Notes: generated by a model from the sequence alone, not told the origin. Shown: positions 18,302 to 27,601, numbered from the stretch's first letter. The stretch is DNA of 47,514 nt from Planctomycetota bacterium (GCA_018970845.1 JAGWVO010000001.1:1-47514), one strand, 5' to 3'. Translations and numbers: made by a program.

Positions 18302-19270
18302 TCAGGGTTTCCAGTCCGCCGGAAGGCTGAGCGACCAGACCTCGTTGGAAAGCGGTTGGGCATGGCCGCCGGCCACCCACAGCTTGTCGCGCCACACGAA
18401 TGCCGAATGCTCATGTCGGGCTTTCCAGGCCGTGGGGGTCTCCAGCCGCTTCCATTCCCGGCCATCGGCCGAATGCCAGACATCCCCGAAATTGTTTTTC
18501 GCCTTCGACCACCCGCCCAGCACCCAGATTCGGCCCCTGTAAACCGCGGCGGAGAACCAAAGCCGCGGATCCCAGGGAGCGTTCGCTGTTTCGAGTTTCC
18601 ATTCCTTGCCGTCGATCGATGACCAGACATCGTTTTTCGCCTCATGCGCCGGCACATAGTTGCCGCCGCCCATGACGACGATCTTTCCATTGATGGCGAC
18701 GGCCTGGTGATAGGCCCTGGGCGACCAAGCCGCCTTGGCCGTTTCCAGCTTCCATTCCCTGCCATCGGCGGATGACCAGACATCGTTTTTCAGGCTGGAG
18801 GCGTCGCCGAAATAGTAGTTCTCGGAACCTCCCAGGAGCCACATCCTTCCCTTGTGCTCCACAAGGCCGCCGGCAAGGCGAGCCGACCAGGGAGCCTTGG
18901 CTGTTTCCTGCCTCCATTGGGAACCGTCCTCGGAAGACCAGACCTGGTTGCTGGCGGAATGGCCGGGAAGGCGGCCGTTGTGCCAGCCTCCCATCATCCA
19001 CATGCGATCGCCAAAGGTGATGTTCATCGGCAAGTCGGTGTGGATCACGGGGATGTTCGTTGCCACCCGTTTCCATCGCTTGCCGTCGGTCGTCTCCCAA
19101 GTGTCGCGGGGCGGCGCCTCGAACGACTGGAACCAGCCTCCGACGATCACAAGGCGGTCCCGGTGAACGAACTCGGCCTGCGAGTCGCGTGGTTGCCATT
19201 CCGCCTTGCCCTCAAGCACCCAGTCCGGTGGGGCGAATGGTCCGAGAAGGCACAGGAACAGAAGCGCCAT
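18302..19270 (-). CDS. Kelch-like beta-propeller repeat protein (exported)
   Basis: Five or six repeats of roughly 48 aa with the pattern 'DVWSSxDGxxWKxET...W..R......(I/L)W(V/L/M)xGG'. Confidence 0.7.
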   Translation of the reverse strand: MALLFLCLLGPFAPPDWVLEGKAEWQPRDSQAEFVHRDRLVIVGGWFQSFEAPPRDTWETTDGKRWKRVATNIPVIHTDLPMNITFGDRMWMMGGWHNGRLPGHSASNQVWSSEDGSQWRQETAKAPWSARLAGGLVEHKGRMWLLGGSENYYFGDASSLKNDVWSSADGREWKLETAKAAWSPRAYHQAVAINGKIVVMGGGNYVPAHEAKNDVWSSIDGKEWKLETANAPWDPRLWFSAAVYRGRIWVLGGWSKAKNNFGDVWHSADGREWKRLETPTAWKARHEHSAFVWRDKLWVAGGHAQPLSNEVWSLSLPADWKP

Positions 19271-19300
19271 GATGTTTCCTCCCGGTTGCGAGCGACAAGT

Positions 19301-19768
19301 TCAGCCGATGACCCCGGGGCACGCGCCCGGGGGCAATTCCACGATCGGCCCGGGTTCGTCCGGACCGGCATCAAGCCATGCCTCATGATGGATCGAGCCG
19401 ATCCATCGCGCCAACTCCATTGGCAGGATTCCGCCCACCGGTTTCGGCCCGAGGGTGCCAAGATGCGCCGCCGCCCCCGTCAGGTGATGCTCCAGGCCGA
19501 CCCTGTTTCGCTGCCTTGCCTTCACCGCTGCGGCGGCAAGCCGGATCAGGGCACTTGTCAGGACTCGCTCGGCGGAACCGGGGGGCAGGGTCCGCCAGAC
19601 ATCCTCCCAGGCCTCATGGGCCTCCCACGGATATCCGCCTTGGAACAGCCGCCAGCCCTCCCGGTAATCCGGATGGCGTTCCAGCGATTCGGGATCGGTC
19701 GGCGCGCCGCTGGCGATGCGCTTGGGAGGCCGCGCGTTGTGCCCCGGGGTGTGCGCGGGGCCGTTCAA
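19301..19768 (-). CDS. DUF309 domain protein
   Basis: 'YREGWRLFQGGYPWEAHEAWEDVW' matches the DUF309 core. TTG start overlaps the stop of the upstream PP2C gene (TTGA). The start is uncertain. Confidence 0.6.
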   Translation of the reverse strand: MNGPAHTPGHNARPPKRIASGAPTDPESLERHPDYREGWRLFQGGYPWEAHEAWEDVWRTLPPGSAERVLTSALIRLAAAAVKARQRNRVGLEHHLTGAAAHLGTLGPKPVGGILPMELARWIGSIHHEAWLDAGPDEPGPIVELPPGACPGVIG

Positions 19769-21093
19769 TGGACACGGACGACCACGAGCGTCTGGTCGTC
19801 CTCGGGCTGCCTGCCGCCCGAGTGCAGCCTGAGCAGCTCGAAAACCTTCGCCACCTGCCTTGCGATGTCGGGTTCGGGAGGCAGGAAGGCCTGGTCGAGG
19901 CGCTTGAGCCCGAAGGGTGATCCCGTTGTTCCGGGGGCGTCCACGATTCCGTCGGTGTAAAGCACGAGCGTGTCGCCAGCCTTGAGCTGGATCGTGGCGG
20001 TTTCGTATTTGGCCTCGGACTCGTCGAGTCCCAGGGCCAGTCCCAGCACCCCGTCAAGCAGGTGGCGCTGCGAGCGAGGCAGGTCGGGCCGCAGCAAACG
20101 GGGGGCGGGGTGGCCCGCCGATGAGTAGGTGAATGAAAGTGTCGCGGGATCGTACACCCCGGCGAAGGCTGTGACGAAGAAGTCCAGCGGCTTGATTCCG
20201 GCGGCGCAGAAGTGGGTGTTGGCCTTGGCCAGCCATGCGTCGGGCTGTTCCAAGCCGCCGGCATGGGCCAGCGTTCGAACCACGGCCATCAGCGCCGCCG
20301 CGGAACCGCCGGAGCCCGAGACATCGGCGATGATGAATGCCCAGCGTCCGTCGGGCAGGGGGATGAAGTCGTGGTAGTCGCCCCCGGCCCGGCGCGCCGC
20401 CTGCAGCTTGCCGCGAACCTGAAGGCCCGGAATCGAGGGAACGGCATGGGGCAGCAGGGCGCGTTGGACCGCCGCGATGCGCTTGAGTTCGAAATCAAGC
20501 TCGGTGAGTTGCTCCTCGAGCTTGCGGGCCAGCACCAGGTTGCCGCTGGCCCTCCCGTAGAGGCAGGCGGTGAGCACGAGGTCGGGCAACTGGCCCGCGT
20601 TGAACATGCCCGGCTTGCGGCCGAGAAGGACAAGCAGGTTGAGGGCCCTGCCCTGGTCATACATGGGAATGGCCACCATCGATCGGTATCCGGCCAGGTG
20701 CTCCCGCGCCGGATCATCCTCCGCCACCTCCGGGTCGTCGATCACGCGGGCCTCATCGCCGTACAGCAGGTCGCCGAGAATCCCCCCGGTTAGCACGGGC
20801 AGCCTGTCCCGGTCGATCCACGGGTTGAAATCCTCGCTCCACAGGGTGCTCCGGGTCACCCTGTAATGGGGGGATGGAAGGTCGCGGCGCGAGGCGGCGA
20901 CGAGTCCGTCGCACGGGAAAAGCTCGCGCAGGTGGCGCAGGTACAACTGCGCCATGGTTTGGGGGTCTTCGGCGCGGCTCAGGTCGCGCATGGTGGTGGC
21001 GACCGCGGCGATCCGCCGCTGGATGTCAGGCTGCCCGTCGCCGCCCGGGTGACGCTCGGCGATGTCGGGAGTTCGCTTTTCCATCGTCCCCAC
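19765..21093 (-). CDS. GAF-domain PP2C (SpoIIE/RsbU-type) serine phosphatase
   Basis: The N-terminal half is GAF-like. The C-terminal half has 'GGDYHDFIPLPDGRWAFIIADVSGSG', 'AGHP' and 'LVLYTDGIVD...DDQTLVVV', typical of SpoIIE-family phosphatases. Confidence 0.8.
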   Translation of the reverse strand: MGTMEKRTPDIAERHPGGDGQPDIQRRIAAVATTMRDLSRAEDPQTMAQLYLRHLRELFPCDGLVAASRRDLPSPHYRVTRSTLWSEDFNPWIDRDRLPVLTGGILGDLLYGDEARVIDDPEVAEDDPAREHLAGYRSMVAIPMYDQGRALNLLVLLGRKPGMFNAGQLPDLVLTACLYGRASGNLVLARKLEEQLTELDFELKRIAAVQRALLPHAVPSIPGLQVRGKLQAARRAGGDYHDFIPLPDGRWAFIIADVSGSGGSAAALMAVVRTLAHAGGLEQPDAWLAKANTHFCAAGIKPLDFFVTAFAGVYDPATLSFTYSSAGHPAPRLLRPDLPRSQRHLLDGVLGLALGLDESEAKYETATIQLKAGDTLVLYTDGIVDAPGTTGSPFGLKRLDQAFLPPEPDIARQVAKVFELLRLHSGGRQPEDDQTLVVVRVH

Positions 21094-21164
21094 CCGATGA
21101 GAAGCCGGGGCACGCGCCCCGCGAGGGTGAGTTTAGGAATCGGGAAGCCGGGTGGCGAAGATTC

Positions 21165-21470
21165 TCAGTGGCGGGAACCGGATCCTTGCATCCCGAGCGG
21201 GTCGCGGCGCCAGCGCCGGCAGCAGGAGGGGCAAAGGATGAAGGCGGCATGGTGCCCTTCAGGCTCCACGGGCGCCGGCTGGAAGTCGGGAAGCGATTCG
21301 AGGATGGAGGCGACCGCGTGGAGGTTGTCCTCCTCGAGGTCATCGTCGGTGATCAGCCGCGCGGACGGGGCGAGCCTGACTCCCACCCTCATCTCGTAGC
21401 GCAGCGCGCCTCGGTCGAGGTGGCAGCCGCAGCGGTCGCAAGCGCAGGCGGCCCTGGAAGCTGACGACAT
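21165..21470 (-). CDS. Hypothetical small zinc-ribbon protein
   Basis: 101 aa from the ATG at 21470. Two Cys pairs, 'CDRCGC' and 'CPSCC', separated by an acidic linker. The longer track ORF (to 21677) would overlap the divergent ubiA-like start. Confidence 0.4.
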   Translation of the reverse strand: MSSASRAACACDRCGCHLDRGALRYEMRVGVRLAPSARLITDDDLEEDNLHAVASILESLPDFQPAPVEPEGHHAAFILCPSCCRRWRRDPLGMQGSGSRH

Positions 21471-21617
21471 GACCGGGCTCCAAGAACCATGGGATGCACC
21501 TATTCCAGTGGAGCGAACCGGTGGGGTGCGTGTCAAGCGCCAGCATGCGAATCCGGGAAGGAATCGCCGGGCGCCCGGCCTAGACTGATGGGGTGGGAAT
21601 CGCCCGGAAGGACACGG

Positions 21618-22529
21618 ATGAAAAACTCTATAGCGGATACGGCGAATAGGTTTCTTGGGCTTGTCCGCTTCAGCCACACCCTTTTCGCGCTACCCTTCGC
21701 GCTCTCCTCGGCGGCTCTCGTGTGGGCCAGGCACGGCTTCTCATGGATCCAGTTGGCGGGAATCGTCGCCTGCCTCGCCCTGGCCCGCGCCGCGGCGATG
21801 GCGTTCAATCGCCTCGCCGACAGCTCCTTCGACGCGGCGAACCCCCGAACCGCCGGCAGGCACATTCCCGCGGGATTGCTTTCCGTGGCCTCGGTGCGCG
21901 CCTTTCTCGCCTTCACCTCGCTCGGCTTCGTCGCCTGCACCGCCGTCTTCCTGCTTGAGGGCAACGCGGCCCCGCTCGAATTGAGCCTGCCCACGCTGGC
22001 CTGGATCTGCGGGTACAGCTACGCCAAGCGGTTCACATCCTTGTCCCATTTCTGGCTCGGCGCGGCGCTGATGCTCGCGCCCGCGGCGGCTTGGGTGGTC
22101 GCGCTGGGATGGGGCGTCCTATCCGAACCATGGGTGCCGCTCCTGATGGGGCTGGGCGTTTTCTTCTGGGTCTCCGGTTTCGACATCATCTACTCGACTC
22201 AGGACGCCGAATTCGACCGTGGAGCCGGCCTTCACAGCATGCCGGCCCTCCTCGGGGTGCGGGGGGCGCTTTGGCTCGCGAGGGCCTGCCATGCCGCCAC
22301 CATCCTCTGCCTGGCCCCCCTGCCCCTGGTGGCGCCCGACCTGCTTGGCGGCATCTACTGGTCTGGAATCGCCTTGGTGGCCATCCTTCTTGTCGTGGAG
22401 CATGCCCTTGTGCGTCATGACGACCTTTCCCGGGTGAATCTCGCGTTTTTCCAAGTCAATGCCGTGATCAGCGTCGGATTGTTGGTTATCGTGTTGCTCG
22501 ACCTTGGCTGGCGCTTCCTGCCGGCCTGA
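21618..22529 (+). CDS. UbiA-family aromatic polyprenyltransferase (4-hydroxybenzoate polyprenyltransferase-related, MqnP-like)
   Basis: Start at the ATG at 21618 with GGAAGGA upstream. Motifs 'LVRFSHTLFALPFAL' and 'ARAAAMAFNRLADSSFD' (NxxxD-type Asp-rich motif), second Asp-rich region 'GFDIIYSTQDAEFD', and multiple TM segments. Confidence 0.8.
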   Translation: MKNSIADTANRFLGLVRFSHTLFALPFALSSAALVWARHGFSWIQLAGIVACLALARAAAMAFNRLADSSFDAANPRTAGRHIPAGLLSVASVRAFLAFTSLGFVACTAVFLLEGNAAPLELSLPTLAWICGYSYAKRFTSLSHFWLGAALMLAPAAAWVVALGWGVLSEPWVPLLMGLGVFFWVSGFDIIYSTQDAEFDRGAGLHSMPALLGVRGALWLARACHAATILCLAPLPLVAPDLLGGIYWSGIALVAILLVVEHALVRHDDLSRVNLAFFQVNAVISVGLLVIVLLDLGWRFLPA

Positions 22530-22538
22530 CCCGCGGGG

Positions 22539-23891
22539 ATGGCGTTCATGTGGTGCGCGATCGCGTTCTTGGCAATCACGGCATGGGAGGCCGGGGCTTC
22601 CCGCCGCGACATCACTCCCAGGCAAGCCATGTGGATGGCGGGCTATGCCGGCAGGACGGCACCCGCCTCGGGCACCGAAAGCCCCTTGTGCGCGCGCGCG
22701 GTGGCCCTGAGGTGCGCCGACTCGCCGCGGGTGCGGGCCGTCACGGTCTCGCTCGACCTCGTGGGCATCGACGCCGAACTGGCCGCCCGGGTGAAAAAGG
22801 CCTTGGCGGACAGGCATGGGCTCGCCGAGGCCGAAGTGGCGCTGGCCTGTTCCCACACTCACTGCGGGCCCGTGGTCGGGTCCACCCTGAGAAGCATGTA
22901 CCCGCTTGATGACGGCATGCGCGAGCGCAGCAGGGCCTACGCGGATTTCCTTGTCGGAGAGATTGACATGGCGGTGGGCGAAGCCCTCTCGCGGCTCAAG
23001 CCCTGCGCGCTTTCGTGGCATGAGGGCAACTGCGGGTTTGCCGTCAATCGCCGGGCCAACAAGGAGGCGGAGGTGGTGGGGATCCGGCAGGCGGGCAAGC
23101 CGCTCGCCGGGCCGGTCGACCATCGCGTGCCGGCAATCGCGGCCCGCACACCCGAAGGACGCCTGATCGCGGTTCTGTTTGGTTACGCCTGCCATGCGAC
23201 AACGCTGTCGTTCGACAAGTGGTGCGCCGACTATCCCGGCTTCGCTTCCGAGGCGCTCGAGAAGTCGAATCCCGGAGCGGTGTGCGCCTTCATCGCCGGA
23301 TGCGGCGCCGATCAAAATCCCCTGCCGCGGCGCACCGTGGCGCTCGCCAAGGCCTATGGTGACCAGTTGGCCGAATCTGTCTCCGCGGCCCTCTCACGCC
23401 CCGGGAAAGCGCTCGGCGCCCAGCTTTCGGTGGCCTTGGTGCGAGCTCCGCTGCCGCTGGAACCGGCACCTTCCAAGGACGAACTCGAAAAGCAGGCCTC
23501 AGGAAAAGAAAAATACATCGCCTCCCGGGCGCGAAACCTGCTTGCCGACCTGGCGGCCGGGAAGGCCCTGCCGGTTGATTACGCCTTTCCGGTTCAGGCA
23601 TGGAAGCTGGGGGATCACACGCTTGTGTTTTTGGGTGGCGAGGTGGTGGTTGATTATTCCTTGCGAATGGGCCGGGAAATCACCAGCCCGGCATGGGTCG
23701 CCGCCTATTCGAATGATGTGATGGCCTATATTCCCTCCCGGCGTGTTTTGAAGGAGGGAGGTTATGAAGGCGCCAGTTCCATGATCTATTACGGCCTTCC
23801 GGCTTCATGGCGCGAGGGCGTCGAGGAAACGCTCGTTGATGCGGTTCGCGAGGCCGCAAGGCGCGTTGGCGCAACGGTTTCCAGCCGTTGA
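22539..23891 (+). CDS. Neutral/alkaline ceramidase N-terminal-domain-like hydrolase (paralog 1)
   Basis: 'RDITPRQAMWMAGY', 'CSHTHCGP', 'LFGYACHATTL', 'GADQNPLPR' and 'AYIPSRRVLKEGGYEG'. It shares long identical blocks with the ORF at 44212-45591. Confidence 0.65.
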   Translation: MAFMWCAIAFLAITAWEAGASRRDITPRQAMWMAGYAGRTAPASGTESPLCARAVALRCADSPRVRAVTVSLDLVGIDAELAARVKKALADRHGLAEAEVALACSHTHCGPVVGSTLRSMYPLDDGMRERSRAYADFLVGEIDMAVGEALSRLKPCALSWHEGNCGFAVNRRANKEAEVVGIRQAGKPLAGPVDHRVPAIAARTPEGRLIAVLFGYACHATTLSFDKWCADYPGFASEALEKSNPGAVCAFIAGCGADQNPLPRRTVALAKAYGDQLAESVSAALSRPGKALGAQLSVALVRAPLPLEPAPSKDELEKQASGKEKYIASRARNLLADLAAGKALPVDYAFPVQAWKLGDHTLVFLGGEVVVDYSLRMGREITSPAWVAAYSNDVMAYIPSRRVLKEGGYEGASSMIYYGLPASWREGVEETLVDAVREAARRVGATVSSR

Positions 23892-23942
23892 TGGATTTTG
23901 ACGCAAGAAAAAACGCACCTTGTTGCAGGAACCCATGGAAAG

Positions 23943-23960
23943 GTACACAAACATGTGTAC
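23943..23960. promoter_or_regulatory. 18-bp palindrome upstream of recA (candidate operator / SOS-box-like site)
   Basis: GTACACA-aaca-TGTGTAC, perfect 7-bp arms with a 4-nt spacer, 48 nt upstream of the recA ATG. Confidence 0.3.
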
Positions 23961-24007
23961 ACTTGTGCATGGGAGCATGGTGGGGCTTCGCCCCGGAGGG
24001 ATGAATC

Positions 24008-25087
24008 ATGGCGGACGATCGTGAACTCAAGAACGCCCTGTCGCAAATCGAGAAGCAGTTTGGCAAGGGCGCGATCATGTCGCTCGGCAAGGGCGACACC
24101 CACCTCGATATTCAGGGGATTTCAACCGGCGCCCTGAGCCTCGACCTGGCCCTGGGGGGCAAGGGCATTCCGCGCGGGCGGATCATCGAGATCTTCGGGC
24201 CCGAGTCCTCGGGCAAGACCACCGTGGCCCTTCATTCGGTGGCCTGCGCCCAGAAACAGGGCGGCGTGGCCGCCTTCATCGACGCCGAGCACGCCCTCGA
24301 CCCGAGTTGGGCGCGCAGGCTTGGCGTGAACCTCGACCACCTCCTGGTAAGCCAGCCTTCCTGCGCCGAGGAAGCCCTGAAGATCGCCGAGATGCTCATC
24401 AAGTCGAACGCCGTCGACCTGATCATCATCGACTCGGTGGCCGCCCTGGTGCCGCGCTCCGAGGTGGAGGGGGAGATCGGCGACGCGCATGTCGGAGCCC
24501 AGGCGCGCCTCATGAGCCAGGCCCTTCGAATCCTCAACCCCACCATCAGCAAGACCAAGACCTGCATGGTGTTCATCAACCAGATCCGCCAGAAAATCGG
24601 CGTGATGTTTGGCAACCCCGAAACCACCTCGGGCGGCCTCGCCTTGAAGTTCTTCAGCTCCGTCCGCTTGGACATCCGCAAGATCTCCTCCATCAAGGAG
24701 GCGGAGGAGACGGTCGGTTCCCGCGTGAGGGTCAAGGTGGTCAAGAACAAGATCGCTCCACCCTTCCGCACCGCGGAGTTCGACCTGATGCACGACCATG
24801 GCATCAGCCGGGAAGGCGACTTGCTCGACCTTGGAATCGAGGATCGAATCATTGAGAAATCGGGCGCCTGGATCAACTATGGCGACATGCGCCTCGGCCA
24901 AGGACGCGAGAACTCCAAGCAATACCTCCGCGACAACCCGGCGCTGGTCGAGGAGATCACCCGCAAGGTCTTGGCCAAGCGGATTCCCGCGTTGGCCGAG
25001 GCCGCCCCGGTGGAGGCGCCCCCCGAACCGGCACCGGTGGCGCCCGTCACCACAGGTCGAGGCCGCAGGGCAGCGCAAGAATCGTAA
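24008..25087 (+). CDS. recA: Recombinase RecA
   Basis: '[15 protein letters not shown]', Walker A 'GPESSGKTT', '[10 protein letters not shown]' and '[10 protein letters not shown]', followed by a C-terminal Pro/Ala-rich tail. Confidence 0.97.
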   Translation: MADDRELKNALSQIEKQFGKGAIMSLGKGDTHLDIQGISTGALSLDLALGGKGIPRGRIIEIFGPESSGKTTVALHSVACAQKQGGVAAFIDAEHALDPSWARRLGVNLDHLLVSQPSCAEEALKIAEMLIKSNAVDLIIIDSVAALVPRSEVEGEIGDAHVGAQARLMSQALRILNPTISKTKTCMVFINQIRQKIGVMFGNPETTSGGLALKFFSSVRLDIRKISSIKEAEETVGSRVRVKVVKNKIAPPFRTAEFDLMHDHGISREGDLLDLGIEDRIIEKSGAWINYGDMRLGQGRENSKQYLRDNPALVEEITRKVLAKRIPALAEAAPVEAPPEPAPVAPVTTGRGRRAAQES

Positions 25088-25229
25088 CCCAGGCCTCCCA
25101 GGCTTGCCAAATTTCCCAAATATCCGAAGTGGGCACTGCTCTTGTGCGGTTGCCCCACTCTGGTATCCTCACGGCGCCCAAGGATGGGCGTTGTGACCGC
25201 AAGACGGGATTTGGCCGCACGGAGGCGCC

Positions 25230-26000
25230 ATGCACAATACCGTTTCCCTTTCCAGATTCCTGATATCGCGTGGCAAGCGTCTCGCGGCGCACGGCATGTT
25301 CCGCGCCGCCTCGGCGGATCTCGCCGTGGCATCCGCTTCGGGCGTGGGTTCAGCGGAGGCCAGCGGTCTCCAGGCTGAAATGAGCCTCCGGATGGGAAGG
25401 TTCAAGGCCGCCCGCAGGCAGGCTGCCGCCGCGCTTGCCGCCGCTCCCACATGCCCCCATTACCAGTACCTGTGCGGACTTGCCTGGGAACGCGGTCCGG
25501 GCGCCGACCCGAACAAGGCCTCCAATCATTATCTTGAATGTCTGGAGTTGGACCCCGGCCACCTGCGCGCGCGTTGCCGGCTTGGCCTCGCGCGTGTCGC
25601 CTCGGGATTGGTCAACGAGGGGCTTGCCATCCTCGCCGGCGCGTGGAAATCGGCCCCGCAGGCCTTCGACGCCTTCCTGGCGCTCTACCGCGGCTTGAAA
25701 AAGGCCGGGCGCATTGGCGAGGTCCGCGCGCTGGTGCGGTCGGCCCGGTTCCAGCTTCGTGGCGACATCCGCTTTTCTGCCTTCCTCGACCGTATCCGGT
25801 ACCGCGCCGCGGCGCGCAGGCAGCGCGCGGGCAATCCCGCCGAACCGGTCCTCCTGCCGTTCCTCCGCCTGGCTGATCCGGTCGCGCCCCATCCCGGGGA
25901 ACGACTCCGCGCCACCACTCTCAGGATCGACGCCGCAGGTACCGTGCAGGAACCCCATGCGTTCCGTCTCCGCAGGCGCCAACGCGGGCGAAACGCCTGA
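25230..26000 (+). CDS. Hypothetical protein, TPR-like helical repeats
   Basis: GGAGG RBS 4 nt upstream. Helical Ala/Leu/Arg-rich repeats ('YLECLELDPGHLRARCRLGLA'). No catalytic motif recognised. Confidence 0.4.
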   Translation: MHNTVSLSRFLISRGKRLAAHGMFRAASADLAVASASGVGSAEASGLQAEMSLRMGRFKAARRQAAAALAAAPTCPHYQYLCGLAWERGPGADPNKASNHYLECLELDPGHLRARCRLGLARVASGLVNEGLAILAGAWKSAPQAFDAFLALYRGLKKAGRIGEVRALVRSARFQLRGDIRFSAFLDRIRYRAAARRQRAGNPAEPVLLPFLRLADPVAPHPGERLRATTLRIDAAGTVQEPHAFRLRRRQRGRNA

Positions 26001-26009
26001 TTCATTCCG

Positions 26010-26576
26010 ATGCCATCCGTTTACCGGAGCATCCTTGGCGGGGAACTCGATCGGCTGCCAGATTCGCTCAGGCGGTTCCACGACATCGAGGCGCCATGGA
26101 CAGGGGTGTCGATGGCGCGCGTCGAGCGCGGCGCCACTTGGCTTCATCGTTTTGTCGCCGTCGTGGGCGGCCTGCCGCCGGCGCGTGAACAATGCCCCCT
26201 CAGGCTCGACATTGTTCCCTGTGTTCGCCGGGGAAGATCGGGGGAATCGTGGCGGCGTGATTTCGGCGGCTTCGTCCTTGAGTCATTCCAATGGGCCCAA
26301 AACGGCCTCCTGATGGAGTCGTTTGGCTGGCTTTCGATGGCTTTTCACCTTCGCGTCGAACCTCCCAGGCTCATCCTTGAGGTGGCGGGGGTCAGGTGCG
26401 CCGGTATCCCCTTGCCGCGCCTTCTGGCTCCCGGTGGAACCGGGGTTGAGGAAGGCGATGAAAAAGGGGTTTCGTTCGTCGCCACCGCCACCGCCCCGCT
26501 TTTGGGAATGGTGGCCAGGTACAGTGGATGCCTCACCGAGGCCTCCCAAACTTTGCCTCGGCAGGGTGGCTCCTGA
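26010..26576 (+). CDS. DUF4166-like protein
   Basis: The opening 'YRSILGGELDRLPDSLRRFH' resembles the DUF4166 N-terminal signature. The rest is beta-rich. Confidence 0.5.
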   Translation: MPSVYRSILGGELDRLPDSLRRFHDIEAPWTGVSMARVERGATWLHRFVAVVGGLPPAREQCPLRLDIVPCVRRGRSGESWRRDFGGFVLESFQWAQNGLLMESFGWLSMAFHLRVEPPRLILEVAGVRCAGIPLPRLLAPGGTGVEEGDEKGVSFVATATAPLLGMVARYSGCLTEASQTLPRQGGS

Positions 26577-26599
26577 TAGATTATTGATGGCTGCCACGC

Positions 26600-26684
26600 G
26601 CTGGAGTGGCGGAATGGCATACGCAACAGACTTAAAATCTGTGGGAGCGCAAGCTCCGTGTGGGTTCGAGTCCCATCTCCAGCA
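26600..26684 (+). tRNA. tRNA-Leu (anticodon UAA), class II with long variable arm, no encoded CCA
   Basis: Acceptor GCTGGAG/CTCCAGC plus discriminator A. Anticodon stem ACAGA/TCTGT with loop CTTAAAA. Variable arm GGAGC-GCAA-GCTCC. T-arm GTGGG-TTCGAGT-CCCAT. Confidence 0.9.
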
Positions 26685-26711
26685 TTCCTCCTCGCCGTGA
26701 AGGATCGTTCC

Positions 26712-27137
26712 ATGCCTTGGTATGACAAAGACGGGCTCAAGTTCCATTACCCGGAAGGCTGGGCCGTCGAACGCGAAAGCGACGAGGAGGGGAACTGGCA
26801 GGTCAGCATCCAGAGTCCCGAGTCGGCGTTCGTCCTCATCAAACCTGTCGGACCCATCGAGGATCTCGAGGAGGCGGCCGAAGTGACTCTCGAGACCCTC
26901 AGGGAAGACTATCCCGACCTTGAGGAGGAGGAGGTCGAGGAACTCATCGGCGGCGCGCGGGCCCCCGGTTACGATGCCACCTTCACCAGCCTCGACATCG
27001 TGACCACCTGCCAGATCCGGTTTGTTCGCGCGGGTGACGACGCTGTGCTCGTGATGAGCCAGTATTCCGACATGGATTCCGAGGAAAGCCAGGACGGAAT
27101 GGAACGGCTGAGACGATCGGTTTCATTTGCCGGTTGA
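26712..27137 (+). CDS. Hypothetical acidic protein (possibly DcrB/PsbP-like fold)
   Basis: Start at the ATG at 26712 with AAGGA upstream; the track ORF start at 26658 lies inside the tRNA. 'LKFHYPEGWAVERESD' resembles DUF1795/PsbP-type openings, but this is weak. Confidence 0.45.
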   Translation: MPWYDKDGLKFHYPEGWAVERESDEEGNWQVSIQSPESAFVLIKPVGPIEDLEEAAEVTLETLREDYPDLEEEEVEELIGGARAPGYDATFTSLDIVTTCQIRFVRAGDDAVLVMSQYSDMDSEESQDGMERLRRSVSFAG

Positions 27138-27571
27138 ACGGATCGGGACCAACCAGAATATCTTGGAGAATCACGCCAGCGGGATTCGCTTTCGGCCGTT
27201 GGCCCACGGTGATGGGGAGAATTGAAAAAGCCCCTCACTCCGCCCCCACGCGCCAGCGTTGGGAGGCCATTCAATTCCTGGGCCGGCCCCCCTGGGTGGG
27301 CTCAAGTGACAACGCTGACAAAACAAAAGCAAGTGTCCATTCCGCAAATCAAATAGAGACACAAGCGGAGGTGCTGCAAAGAACGGGAGAGGCCTGGTCA
27401 TTTCAAATGCCCCGCCAACCCCGCCTTCGGTGCCGTTCAGGGTTCTCAAGCGTCAGGTTATTGACCTCGATTCGGCGGCTTGAGAGCCCTGAATGAAGTG
27501 AGGGGCGAACTGGCATGATTTGAAGAAAGGAAGTTCGCCGAAATCGGCCAATCGACTTTTTGGCGCAAAGA

Positions 27572-27601
27572 AATGGCCCCGGGTAATTTCCCGGGGCCAT
27601 T
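27572..27601. terminator. Strong hairpin, probable bidirectional terminator
   Basis: Perfect 12-bp arms AATGGCCCCGGG / CCCGGGGCCATT with loop TAATTT. It sits 28 nt downstream of the stop of the minus-strand gene ending at 27629. T-rich runs on both sides (ggaATTTTg on plus, TTCTTTg on minus). Confidence 0.55.

Noticed and set aside
25088-25229. An imperfect hairpin (GTGGGCA...TGCCCCAC) after recA as a terminator.
   Set aside because: The stem has a bulge and no following T-tract. This is too weak to annotate.
27134-27496. ORFs inside the long convergent spacer: 27134-27496 on plus (120 aa) and 27171-27449 on minus (92 aa).
   Set aside because: There is no RBS and no recognisable fold or motif, and codon composition is unlike the neighbouring genes. 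The region is better explained as non-coding, possibly structured RNA.
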